Assembly (NCBI GenBank): GCA_951406725.2
Contig: OX597825.1
Coordinates: 64,170,001-64,234,000 of the forward strand
DNA: 64,000 bases
Reading direction: 5' to 3'
DNA from: Octopus vulgaris
Taxonomy: Eukaryota
Shown: positions 29,162 to 42,412 of the stretch, one piece after another
Layout of the letters: the number at the start of each line of letters is the position of its first letter
Position numbering within the stretch: position 1 is the first letter of the stretch
Made by a program: the position numbers and the translations under genes
Notes under the pieces: model-generated
Told to the model about the DNA's origin: nothing
The model's database searches: none
The model's input: the letters and a program-made list of their open reading frames with translations, nothing else

Positions 29162-30329
29162 AAGGAGAGAGAGAGCGAGAGGTAGAGAATGGAAGAGAGA
29201 TAAAAAGAGAAAATTGGAGGGATGTGTACATATACGTATGTGACATGACGCTTTTGTTTGTACTAGGGTAAATATTAATATTTATGGATTAAAATGGATA
29301 TCATTATTGCCTCGATACGTATTGGATTTTCAGAAAAAAATAGAAAATTAGTATCACGTCAAAAAAGCCTACGCTTATGAATTCTTTTATACGTATATGT
29401 ATATACAGTTATTCATAATCATACACCAGACGTATACAGTTTTTTTCGCGTACACTCTTGAGTATGATTGCTTGTATATACGAGTGTTAGCATGTAAATA
29501 CCAATATATGCATACCCGCTGCACAAAAAACATTGAAATATGTGTACTCACAAATATTTAAATCCGATGCATTCTTATGCGTGTACGAATATGTTTACGG
29601 CATAATCACTAAATACTTAAGCTTTCTTACAATGCAAAGATACTAAACAATAAAACTAGCAAAAGACACAAAAATTACCATCTTCCAATATTTTATCTCA
29701 GCTGCGTGATAAGAATAAACATTTTTTTAATAAATATTTTTAAAATCTGCATCTTCCGTGACATTCTTTATTTTTTTATATTTCCAATATGCCTCAGTAA
29801 TTTTCTCATGCTGGAATTCTTTAATTTCTGTTGGATTTTTCAAACGAGTGCAAGGTTTTCACAATTCCTTGCAATTTTATGGAAGATGCTTCCAGTTGAT
29901 AACTAAATTCTTAGAGACGATATCCAGGGAAGATATTTAAATCTAGAAATCACGCAAGCACGAACATTATATATAGATCTATATATACATATTTGTACAT
30001 ATATACACCCATCCCACACATGTTTATATATATATATATTTATATTTACGTGTGTCCACGTGCCAATGTTCGCATACGTATATCTTTATGCATATATATG
30101 TATCTATATGTATGTATATATATACATATATATAACTATATATATATATATATATAACTATAATATATATATACATATATATAATATATATATTATATTA
30201 TGTAGATATACATATATTTATACATACATATAAATACATATATTTGCATAAATATATACTTATACAAACATTTTTTTCCAGTCTTTCTTGGGAAGTGGTT
30301 TGACATCTTATATGTGTGTATAACCCTTT

Positions 30330-30960
30330 CGTTCTCGAATTCTGTAACACTTCTAGCAATCAGATTTCGACACATCTTTCTTGCTGATGCGACATTTCTA
30401 GGGTACTGCTATAGATATTCATATTGATATGAGTTTCATGAAAATTGTATTACATTAGCATGGCTTGCACTTGGTACGTTTTCCCTGCCTCAATCTCATT
30501 AAACAACAGCAGTTTTCGTATCCGTTTATGGAATAAAATGGAAAAATGACCAGGCCATCTATGATGATGGTCCATAATATTGGACACGATGCACATCATT
30601 TTACCTAGCTCTAATACTCTCTTACCATTTTACATGCATTTATCTGTACTTTTCAGATCAGTGTATATAACCCTTTAGCATTTCTAGCAATTAGATTCTT
30701 CCACATCTCACTGTCTAATGCAAGACTTTCCCAGGTGATAGTAAGCATATTCATATTTTTATGACTTTCATCAGTATTTTATTACACTAGGGTGGCTCGC
30801 ACTGGTGATGTTTTCCTTGCCCCCAGCTCACCATACATCACCAATTTTCGTATCCGTTTTCGAAGAAATTGGAATGATGTCCAGGCCATCTAAGTTGATG
30901 TGCTATAATCACCGACCCGATGCGTTTCATTTTCGCCAGCTACAGTACTCTCTTAACAGG
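30330..30960 (-). mobile_element. Two tandem diverged ~330 bp remnants of an RTE-type LINE C-terminal region
   Basis: Units ~30350-30630 and ~30680-30960 align with each other. Minus translation gives AHQLRWPGH...RIRKLVMYGEL...TWESLALDSEMWKNLI, typical of RTE (LRW.GH / LYGEL / WE.LA.DR..W). Confidence 0.7.
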
Positions 30961-31773
30961 TACACAATAAGGAGTAAAACGATGAAATAGTGGACAGGAC
31001 CCAGATAATAGTATTTACGAATGAGATAAACATGAAATGATGAGTAGAGGGGAGACAAGAAAGCGAAAATGACAGAAGTATAGGAAAGTAATTAGAAAAA
31101 TAAGAATCCGGAATAGAAGATGAAACATAGATATTTTCTTCCACCACCACCACTAATACTACTGGTGTTACTGCTGCTACTACTACTCCTGCTGCCACTA
31201 CCACTTTCATCTCATTTTTTATGACTGTCTCTGATTTGGTATTTTTATCTCCATTTGATCTTGTAATATTATCGTCTAAGTTCTGTCCACCACTTCACGA
31301 TTTTATTCTTACTTTTATTGTTTACTTCATTCGTCCTCTTCATCTTTGGAACATACAACACATGACAGTACGCCTTTTAAAATCAGTGATAAAGTGATAC
31401 TCCAGTCTATAAAACAGAAATTATTACGTAACATTTCCCATCCAATTGTGCGTGCAGCTGCGTTAAAAACAGAATGGTACTGAAAAAGTTGTCACTGGTA
31501 ATTAAAAATATGCTAAATTTCAAGTTTTTGGAATTTTTTATTTGGTTTTTTTATTTTACAATTTATTAGAACCGCGTATTTGATTTGCCGCTTCTGTAAC
31601 AGGAATTTATACACAAGCCGAATTTCGAAATTCCACATGAAGATCAAGAGCGTAGATAACCAATGGCTCCGTCTGTGTTGTACACTTGAAATTTTATGAC
31701 ATTCTATGTTTTCAGGACCATAATACACACACATATGTACTCACTCAGAGTGACACAGATATATCTATCTATC

Positions 31774-31818
<45 letters not shown>

Positions 31819-31867
31819 CAAACACACTTTCTCTCTCTCTAACTGAATATATATGTATATATATACA

Positions 31868-33180
31868 GTTTCTTCCAGAACCTTCCAAATGTATATTACT
31901 GCATACCCCTCCTGCCTTCTCTCCAGGGAGTAGAGTCTTAGCTGTTTCAGCCTCTCCCAGTAGCTGAGCTTTTGCAACGTGACGATCTTCGTTGTGAAGC
32001 TTCGCTGGAATACCCCAAGGTCCGCTGTTAATTTTACACTGTTGGGAGACCCCAGCTCGGGGCAGTAGTCTTCTCTCTGATCTTATACGTTCTAAGGATC
32101 CATCTACCCAGTCGTCTGCACTTTGTGGCCATGGGATTCAAGCCTCTTCTCCTTATCTCCTCAAAGACATACAGCATCTCGAAAGAGTCCAGAGGCTGGC
32201 TACCCGCATGGTTCATGGTCTCAAAAATTTGTCCTACGAAGAAAGACTGAGGACGCTCGACCTTTATTCTCTTGAAAAACGCCGCCGCCGTGGTGATCTC
32301 ATTCTCGCCCACAACATCATAAGCTGTTCTTCACTCCTGCTCCAGAGCGTCGGCTGCGGGGTCATTCCGAAAAGCTCTACCTGCGACGATTTCATCTTAA
32401 TCGAAGGAGAGGAGCTTTCTCCGTCCGGGTTGCGGATCCGTGAAACAAGCTGCCAGACGAGATGTTGAAGATGCCGACGACCGCTTTGTTCAAAGCCTCC
32501 CTGGACCTCAAGTGGCCTGAACTCTTTACATGAACACCACCCTGTACTTAACTCCATGTACCCCTACATGGCCTTGCTATTTGCTTTTGAGCCAAATTAA
32601 CTAACTAACTAACTAACTATCCTTGTAATGTGCACCTGGAAAGCGGTATCATCATTCATGTCGATAACGAGGTCACTCACTGATTTAGGCTCTGGGATTG
32701 TAATCCCCTGTGGACCAGTGTACCCTGTAAGTTTTATATTCAGTTTTGGACGCTGGTAGCGCAAGGCTTTGAATTTTTCAGCCTTAAACTGCATATTATT
32801 GTTCTCAGCCCGTCTGCGAATAAAGTCCAACTCCTGCTGCAAGTGTGCAACATCACTGGGGTTCTGTATTTTCTGCGCGACTTTCGTATCGTCTGTGTAA
32901 CTAGCAAGAGTGTTTATCCGGGTAGCTGCGGACGTATCTGAGGGGGACCCTATGAAAAGCAGTGGTATTAACACAGTGCCATATGGAACACTGCTCACTG
33001 TTTTTGTTTTCTTTGAGGTGGCTCCATTGGACACTAATACCTGACTTCTATTTTTCAGAAAGTTATGTAACCACTCTCCAAGTTTTCCAACTATGCCAAG
33101 ATAACACATTTTGTAGCATATCATACCATGCTTCACTTTATCAAAAGCTTTTGCAGAGTCAAGGTATACTACGTCCATAT
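31868..33180 (-). mobile_element. CR1-clade LINE RT remnant, interrupted by an opposite-strand CR1
   Basis: [32 protein letters not shown]; continues ATKCRRLGRWILRT...QRSFT...LSYWERLKQLRLYSLERR. Confidence 0.9.
32131..32618 (+). mobile_element. 3' fragment of a second CR1-type LINE with (TAAC)n tail
   Basis: SPYLLKDIQHLERVQRLATRMVHGLKNLSYEERLRTLDLYSLEKRRRRGDLI. Tandem TAAC tail at 32598-32618. Removing the insert restores ITRMATK in the host LINE. Confidence 0.9.
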
Positions 33181-33188
33181 TTCGGATT

Positions 33189-33256
33189 CAGTGGGACTGA
33201 ACCTGATACCATGTGTTTGGGGAGCAAGCTTCTTACCACACATCCACTACTGCGTG
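33189..33256 (-). mobile_element. SINE group 2 head fragment
   Basis: cagtgggactgaacctgataccatgtgtttggggagcaagcttcttaccacacatccactactgcg. Confidence 0.7.
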
Positions 33257-33281
33257 TACATATAATATGTGTCTGTATGTA

Positions 33282-33350
<69 letters not shown>

Positions 33351-33359
33351 ATATACGTA

Positions 33360-33668
<309 letters not shown>

Positions 33669-33722
33669 TCAATGTGCTGGGAACCGGAACTATTTCTTTG
33701 TAATATTTATTTATACCGGAAA

Positions 33723-34102
33723 TCTTTATATATAAAAGTGAAGTTGTGTGTCTGTCTCCTACGATTTAGATTCCTAACTATTCCTACATTTTGCGGTGCA
33801 GTATATTATAGTCGTGATTCATATCGAGCCCTTCTGGGTATTAGCGCGCGTCTACGATGAGTCTACAATTTTTAAAAAAAAATTACCATTTTTCCATTTT
33901 AATGAATTTTTTTTGCTATTATAACAGGGAAGTAACTCTCTAAAAATGTCTACGATGAGTCAACGATTTAAAAAAAAATTTACCATCATTTTTTTTCCAC
34001 TTTTAGTGCATTTTTTTGGCTATTTTTTGGCTATAACTCTCTAAAAATGCTTATATAGTTATTTCCCTTACAAACCCGAGCAACGCCGGGCGATACTGCT
34101 AG
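33723..34102 (+). mobile_element. Non-autonomous Helitron
   Basis: 5' TC (tctttatatataaaag), subterminal hairpin cccgagcaacgccggg, 3' CTAG. Inserted between A and T with no TSD. Confidence 0.85.
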
Positions 34103-34204
34103 TAATATATATAATGAATAGAATAAAAGTTGACAATTTTTTATCTAATATTTATTTGGTAAAAAATAATACAATATTACATAAGCATTTTTAATGTTTC
34201 TTTC

Positions 34205-34288
34205 TTTCCTGGAATCTCCCCGAGTACCGGCAGCTGATGGCTCGCGGACCGGCACGGGATCGCGGACCACCACTTTCAGTAGCACTAG
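34205..34288 (-). mobile_element. hAT (Charlie-like) terminus
   Basis: Minus strand tagtgctactgaaagtggtggtccgcg...ggtccgcgagcc resembles CAGTGCTACTCAAAGTGTGGTCCGCG hAT ends. Confidence 0.55.
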
Positions 34289-36068
34289 TTTACAGTATCT
34301 AAACATGTATGGTACGGTTATGCATTTTCCACAACCATTCATTTAACGTTGCATCGTACTTTGCCTTCCTTAAATTTTTAGAACATATGAATGAATGACG
34401 AGCTGTGTCCCTTGTTAATGATGCAATGTGTTTACGATATTGATTTTTGAAGTAATCTGCGGTCGCATTAATATATACACATGCATCTGCTTGCGCTCTA
34501 CTCTATCCTTATATACATCATGCTTTTGCGATAGCAGTCATTTCCCAGAAGAGATGCGTACCACACTGTTCTCTGCATAGTAGCAACTATTGTTTCTAGT
34601 ATGTCTATTTTCACATTTATGTTACTATGGTTATTATTACTACCCCTAATGCTACCTTCATTGCTATCAGTATTGCTGCTCATAAACCTACTACTTTTGA
34701 GCTTTTCAGCATGTCTATTATTACTAATATTAGTTTTTCTCTAGCCTATATTTTCTATAGCCTATATTATTATTTTCATCAGAATTATTTCAACAGGTTC
34801 GATTAGATTCTTTCTTATTATTGCAATCATTATTTGAATGACTACTTCCTGCTTTATACCCACTTATACAATTAGTAATCTGTTGGTTTAGCTTCTTATT
34901 ATTGCGCTTATGAATATTATGTTCGAAGTTATTAGCTGTTGCATATCATATTTTCACTGGATATTCATTAAAGATATCTATTAAAGCTGAATAATCCAAT
35001 GCAAAAAAGAAGTCCTAGTTACCATGAATGATACATATATTCCGAAAACTGGATTATACCGCAAACATCGCCTTATTTATACTTGTTAATTGATCTATTA
35101 GGACCAGTATAGTCGTTATCTAAGAAATCCCTTAAGAATTATAATTGATATTTGGGTTATCCCGATTATCCACCTTCGTTTCCAGTGGATATCATGATTT
35201 TGTGGGGTTTATGGTGTAGTTCTAGCAAATAGGAATTCCTGTCGCTACTTGAGGCCTATATCCATGTGTGTGTGCGTGAGTATGTGTATACACACACACA
35301 TATATACACACACGTGCGCACACACACCTATATATATATGAATTTATTTTTCTATGAATATATTTATGACATTACTTCCACTTTCCTATGCTTCTGTATC
35401 AATATCTTTCGTGGTTTAGTACGATATCCTTCATCTAAATTATGTTAATTATTTCTCCGAAAACAGTATGGTCTACTGCTATTATTATTGTTACAAACGT
35501 ATAGGTCTCGAATTATGATATGATACAGCGGTCTCAAATCCAAGAAACCCTGCAGTTCATGTCGATATAACTGTCGTCTTAAAATCTTCGGGAAACATAA
35601 GCATGAGCTTTCTGTTTTGATTCTTTACTTAAGCTGAACTTTTCAAATCAAGATCTTCTTTGAGCTATGTTAGTCCAAGATCTTCTTGAGCTATGTTAAG
35701 GTTCTATGTGAAGCCACAAGAAGCGAATACTTCCTGACGTGCTCCTAGTCAACAGTTATAATGTTGTTTTCTTTGATTTTCAGCATTATATTTATGTATT
35801 CATTTTTGCTGGTGTTGTTTAGAAGGTGCTATCTTGCAGAGGCTATACGTTATTCGAGCCCTTTATGCACTGATCACAAGTTTATACTTCCTTCAAGTAT
35901 TCTTAAGTAGAACATATCGAAATCTCTACTTCTGTGGTAATTTCCACTAGATGTCATGCTTTTGCAGGGCTTACGTTGCAGTTCAAGCAAATATGAATTC
36001 GTGTTGGCTACTTGAGGCCCATATGTGTTTGTGCGTGTGCATGTGTATACACACACATACAAACACAC

Positions 36069-36135
<67 letters not shown>

Positions 36136-37565
36136 CGAATTTATTTATTATGAAGATATTTATGATAGTTCTTCCACTTACCTGCTGTATTTCCTATGCA
36201 TTTGTGTCAATATCGATATAAATTATCCAATATATATTTATGTAGATATACATGCAAATATAAAGGTTGAAGAATAAAGAAGGCAACAAACATTTGTACT
36301 GGTAAATAAGCAAATGAAGAAATATAAACAAACATATTTGGATATACTTCCGTATAATTTACATGTACATGTCGGAAACCTATGCGCTCACAAAGCCCTG
36401 TTAGTGTAAGTATAATTCATCAACAAGGATTCGGAAACAATTGAGCCCATAGTGATACTCTATAAACAACAGAACATATAATGCATATTGTGTATCTTAT
36501 TTATTTTCGCATGTTTCATGTATTTTGAAGTCGGTACAGTTTTGTATAGAAAAAATGCACAATGGCATACCTAAGATAACTTCTGATACATTCTGATGAG
36601 TTATGAAATAACTGAAGCCATCAATGTGTATGGGTTTAAATTTGTGTCAGTTAGATAATATGCTGATAAATATGCATAATCAATTAGCCATACATATAAA
36701 GAGTTGCATGTTATGCACCTTATGCAAACAAGACCAACATCTGATTGGTGCCGGGGAAATGAAATATCATACTACGGAAAAAATGGAAATGAATGATTGG
36801 AGGAAGAAAATCAAGCACCATATGGAAAACTCTAACATGGCCTCCATGTATGCGAATGGAAATTATTTTGGAATTTCCGTCTAGCGAATATTTGCAATTC
36901 AGTCCACCATCTTTCTTTTAACATAAGCAAAGAAAGCATGAAACTTCTGACAATCTGCTGGTACACGTTAAAATTACTCTTATACTCTTTTATTCTTTTA
37001 CTTGTTTCAGAGCCGTAATTCCATGTATCTGAGCATGTGCAACAAACTCAGTAATGTCATATAGTGCAATCGGTTTTCCAGGGCAGGAACGCATCTAGTA
37101 TTCAACCGCCCGACTATATACCGTCTTGAATGGCTTATAGCAGCTCACATTCAACGTTTAGAGTTTGCGGCCGGGTGTAGGCAGATTATACAGTTATTTT
37201 TTGAAAAACATTTCTAGAAGTGCTTCACATAGGTGGCAATAATTACTTTCTATAATTTATACATTTAGGGAAAATAGTTGTGGTTCATCTCTCTCTGTGT
37301 CTCAACTCTCCTAAGCTTCTCCTATATGTGTGACTCTAGGTACCTTGAGTACTTTGGTTGTTACATTGTTTTTTATTTTACTGCACTTTCCTGATGATTC
37401 CGTTATATTTGAATAAAATTGATGTCAGATTATATGGCTAACTAAAGATACTGAAAACACACTAAAATTACTGGACTATTGTGTTATGACATAGCTACAG
37501 GTAGAAAACCACCACTCATGACTTTCAGGATGGATCTGTATGAGAGGTACTGATATATTTAGAAA

Positions 37566-37786
37566 GAGCTGGCAGAAATGTTAGCACGCCGGGCGAAATG
37601 CGTAGCCGTATTTCGTCTGTCGTTACGTTGTGAGTTCAAATTCCGCCGAGGTCGACTTTGCCTTTCATCCTTTCGAGGTCGATAAATAAAGTACCAGTTA
37701 CGCACTGGGGTCGATGTAATCGACTTAATCCCTTTGTCTGTCCTTGTTTGCCCTCTATGTTTAACCCTTTGTGGGCAATAAAGAAG
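37566..37786 (+). mobile_element. Nin/Deu-domain-like SINE
   Basis: Highly similar to 22981-23212. Confidence 0.9.
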
Positions 37787-39132
37787 TATATAATAATGAA
37801 TATTTTGACATAATTTGTAACAATAATTTAGTAGTCAGCGAGCATAGGTGGCTCGAGATTATAACGGGAGATGCTTAACGAATTTCTCTTGCAATAAGAT
37901 CCATACTAAAACATAATTGAGCTATAGATGTCTTTAACATCCGAACAGTTTATATAAATACTAGAGTAACACACTGGGATTATTCTTACATTCAACAGCA
38001 ACTGTATTATAATACTGACGTCAGACTCCAATACAGAGTGCCACATTAAATCGTTTTTATATATGAGGTAACTTATATGAAAGACACTCCATCTATGAAG
38101 ATATTTTATGCGGGACACACATACTTTGCATTTTCGATTTTACACTTTCCAGGAAATATATTTCCAATAATTTATGTAGATTTTAATCGGAGTTTCTCTA
38201 CCCCCAGTCGTTGTAATATGTTCGAAGTATATTTGAAAATCTTCCAATATATACATCTTTCAGAGACCAAATCTGAAAGCAATAATCGAGTTGGCTCATG
38301 ACCAACGCTTCCACTTAGTCAACATCAATTATGCTCTGTAAGCAAGAAACTTTTCCAGTTTTGAAATATGTTTCCAATTGAAGAAATATGATTGCAGAAT
38401 TTATTCCATAACTGTCCTAACGATATCAGCTGCCTGTCTTTTTAGACTTTGACATTGTTTGTTATTCAACTGAATCCATATTTATGTAACGAAAAGAGAT
38501 TTAAGGTAGCGTAACGTTGTCAAGATTAAACGGTAAATTTATTGTTATATAAGTCCATAAAATATTTGCCGATGGACACCAGTCTCAAATCAGTCTCATA
38601 TGAAAATATCTTATAGAAAAACTGAAAAATCATCAAAAGCATCGTCATCTGAAACCTATTCGAGAATTCAATGTATAAAAGCATATATAAATCCATGGAA
38701 TTGATATTTCTCCGAAAACATTGCTTTCGCGTGGCCCCTTATGTTAAAGCGCTATTGTGGAGAGGAACGCTTAACACACAGCACTTACGCATATCGATGA
38801 ATATTCGATATTGTATGACAAATCCACCATTTGAAAAGAATTTTACTTCTAAGAGATATACGACTTGAAATAGGTTCACATCGCATCTGCAGATAATATT
38901 CGAAACATAAAAATGATTCCTAAGCAATACCTAACTAAACACCGACGCAAAAACTTAGAAAAGTTCACGAAGAACTATAATGCAGAAGTGAAAACGAAAA
39001 CGGACCATAAGATTCAATATATCCTCCAGACTGCAAAATTTTAATTAATGACGAAAATTATTTATATATTAAAAACACAAAACGAAATATCAGCAATTTC
39101 TCACCTTTTCGTTAATACATATATCGAGATCG

Positions 39133-39514
39133 AAGCACTCCGTCGGTTACGACGACGAGGGTTCCGGTTGATCCGAATCAACGGAACAGCCTGTTCATGA
39201 AATTAACGTGTAAGCGGCTGAGCACTCCACAGACACGTGTACTCTTAACGTAATTCTTGGGGATATTCAGCGTGACACAGAGAGTGACAAGGCCGGCCCT
39301 TTGAAATACAGGTACTACAGAAACAGGAAGAAAGAGTGAGAGAAAGTTGTGGTGAAAGAGTACAGCAGGGATTATCACCATCCCTGCCGGAGCCTCGTGG
39401 AGCTTTTAGGTGTTTTCGCTCAATAAACACTCACAACGCCCGATCTGGGAATCGAAACCGCGATCCTACGACCGCGAGTCCGCTGCCCTAACCACTGGGC
39501 CATTGCGCCTTCAC
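39133..39514 (-). mobile_element. tRNA-derived SINE group 3, full length
   Basis: Minus head g(t)gaaggcgcaatggcccagtggttagggcagcggactcgcgg...ggtttcgattccc (A and B boxes). TSD aatacatat at 39114 and 39515. Confidence 0.92.
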
Positions 39515-40200
39515 AATACATATGTAGTACGGCATGGTAGACGCTACATAATGTTTCTCCTTTCGTTCGGATATTTTTAACCAGATACTATATTACAGCA
39601 TGGATAAGGAAAATCGAATCACTGAAACTGGCAACCGAGTACTTGCAATACAATGTGTCTAACGTGCACTCAAATCGGCAAATAACAAGTAAAACTCGCT
39701 GCACTCATATACTAAGATATATACAATCAAATGACGTGAGCAAAGATTTCCCAAAACATTCGGAGCCATTTAATTGTGTTCTGTAATTTTGATTCATTTT
39801 CGTGCAAAGATTGTTTTACATACATATTACTTAATCTCAGCCAATTTATCCGACAGTATATTCTCAAATATCTAATTCACTCGTGTTCCGTTACTCGTTG
39901 AAAACTTTTTCTTTTTTTTTTTTTCCAATTAAGCAATTTCATTTGGTCAGTAAGTTTCTTGGTTGATAAATCAATGATTACAAGAAAATCGATTTTATTT
40001 TATATTTTGATGTTATTACCGCTTTATCAATAGGATTTCTCACGTATGTACATGTACTTCCGTTGTGTTCGGTATATGTTTGCGTGTGCTTCAGAAGTGT
40101 CATTCTACATTATTCGGTATAGATAGCTATAGCTCATCCAAATCTATTTATGCATATATATCTGTGTATTTAATCTATGTATCTAATCTAGCTGCCCATT

Positions 40201-40272
<72 letters not shown>

Positions 40273-40682
40273 ACACACGCATAAACACATTGTGCGAACA
40301 TACATATACATATATACTTGTATGTATCTATGTATATCTATAATATGTATAAATGTGCGTGTGTGTATGATGGGCGATTTAACTATAGAAGGAATAATTT
40401 TCTATATTTTTAGGTTACTGTTATAGCTATTATTTTCATTAGGAAGTTTCTTTAATGAGGTTAAATCTTGTTTGAGGGAAAGTCAAACAACGCTGCTATC
40501 TATTGATTTTCTATTTCTGCTCAATTGGGAAAATGATCTCAGTAAGCACGTACTTCAAAACTGACATTAGACAACAAGTGTACAAACAACAAGAGTTTAA
40601 AAATATAGAATAATAAGATGATGAGGATGAGGATGATGATAATAATAATAATAATAATTAAGTAATGAAAATAATTATGATA

Positions 40683-40684
<2 letters not shown>

Positions 40685-40752
<68 letters not shown>

Positions 40753-40785
40753 CATCATTATTATTATTATTATCATCATCATTAC

Positions 40786-40816
<31 letters not shown>
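40685..40816. repeat. (TTA)n microsatellite
   Basis: Directly visible; a second tract lies at 41041-41180. Confidence 0.95.
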
Positions 40817-41040
40817 TTTTTTTTTTTTTCTTCTTTAAAATTTGCTTCCATTTCTTGCCGAGTGTCTTCCCGACTCCTAGGGCAAAGAAACTCATAGTAT
40901 ACACTGGTAGGCCATTAAACCAAACTCAATATTTCCTTAATTTTTTTATTTTTTTTAAGTTGAATTAAAATACATGAGCAGCAACAGTTCTCACATCGAC
41001 AATGCTCTTCTCAATACGTGTGATGTACCAGTTCAGACAA
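40817..41040 (-). mobile_element. 3' end of a second Dong-like family
   Basis: Minus strand 41032-40991 reads TGTSHVLRRALSM*, homologous to GTAHILRRTLSI*. It is followed by a distinct 3'UTR, an A-run and (TAA)n. Confidence 0.75.
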
Positions 41041-41061
41041 TTTATTATTATAAATTTATTA

Positions 41062-41114
<53 letters not shown>

Positions 41115-41141
41115 CATTATTATTATTATCATCATTATTAT

Positions 41142-41176
<35 letters not shown>

Positions 41177-41180
41177 TTAT

Positions 41181-41455
41181 TCCTTCGTAACACAGTATAG
41201 GTTAAAATGCACCAGAAACTTTAGACATCTGTCAAGTCGCAACAAGGACCTCAGACAGATAATACTTTCCATAAGATATGCGCTCTGCTCGATAAGTCTG
41301 CTTTTTGTAAGGCATCAATCTTTGCATGGAATTCCCAGTTGCCTTAAGAAATCTTGATATTTCAATAGGATTGAGCCCGACGTTCCGATCACCAGTGGTA
41401 TCACTTTTACATTACCTTCTCGCATTCCATACAGTCTTCCCATTTCCACTTTAGG
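41181..41455 (-). mobile_element. 3' end of a third Dong-like family
   Basis: Minus strand reads KVEMGRLYGM..NVKVIPLVIGTSG...LGIPC/IDALQKADLSSRAHILWKVLSV* (stop 41253-41251), matching the REL C-terminus. The 3'UTR ends in gaaggAATAATACTACT. Confidence 0.8.
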
Positions 41456-41634
41456 AGTACTCGGTCAGGCTCGAGGTGATCCAGAAGACAGCATTGTTGG
41501 GTACAGCTCGCATTCTAAGGAGAGTATTGTCTCTTTGAGTCACAGAAGTCACTACTTCAGAGCTTTGGTGATTTGTTATTGACTGCTGTCAAGTAAAGAA
41601 TAGCCGGTAATTAAGAACTATCCGAGTCTTTCAG
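41456..41634 (+). mobile_element. 3' end of a fourth Dong-like family
   Basis: 41464-41538 reads VRLEVIQKTALLGTARILRRVLSL*. A ~95 bp distinct 3'UTR follows, then AATAACAAC/(AAT)n. Confidence 0.85.
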
Positions 41635-41716
41635 AATAACAACAACAACGACAACGTTAATGATAATAATAATGATACTAATAATAATAATAATAATAAT
41701 AATGATGATGATGATG

Positions 41717-41798
<82 letters not shown>

Positions 41799-41809
41799 CT
41801 ACACTTTAC

Positions 41810-42332
41810 TACCAATGCCCTGGTGCAGTACCAGACAGTGACTGACATGGCTTCTGATCATAACTGATTGGAAATTTTATCATGTATATGTTTTATTTGT
41901 TATTAAAGATATGTCACAGCAAATATTCTTGCTCAGTACCAAAGATTTGCTTCTCAGTTCTTTTGTCTTAACCAGTTGAGCATGTTCTTTAGTCGCCGAC
42001 TATATGTGCATCACTGATCATGATCAGAAGTAGCAGGGTGCATCATAGCCATTTGTTAAGAGGAATTCGTTGAGGTTTGAATAATTTCCCTCTGGAATCA
42101 CGGGTTTTTCATCCAGTGTCCTTAAACAACCATTATTCAGTGACCATTTGAGAGGGATGGGCTACTAGATCGAAGAAAATTATAAATGAGCCATAACTAC
42201 AAGGTCATGCGTTGTCTATCTTGATATGAGATCACCATGACGCGCAAATGTGGATGTAAAGCATAATGGTTATACAGTGCTTCTTATATTATACCCAGTG
42301 TCACTTTGATGGCATTCACTGATCTCTCATTC
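41810..42332 (+). mobile_element. Non-coding repeat between (AAC/AAT)n tracts, probably a long 3'UTR of another TAA-targeting element
   Basis: Complex sequence bounded by microsatellites and ending ...ctctcattcAATAATAA. No ORF is seen; identity is inferred from context. Confidence 0.5.
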
Positions 42333-42341
42333 AATAATAAT

Positions 42342-42410
<69 letters not shown>

Positions 42411-42412
<2 letters not shown>

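Noticed and set aside
37900-39000. Possible decayed RTE RT on the minus strand (also LDYTANIAL at ~35050 on +)
   Set aside because: Only fragmentary motif resemblance.
39440-39514. tRNA gene (also 59470-59544 and 24545-24616)
   Set aside because: These are tRNA-like heads attached to SINE bodies with TSDs, not standalone tRNAs.
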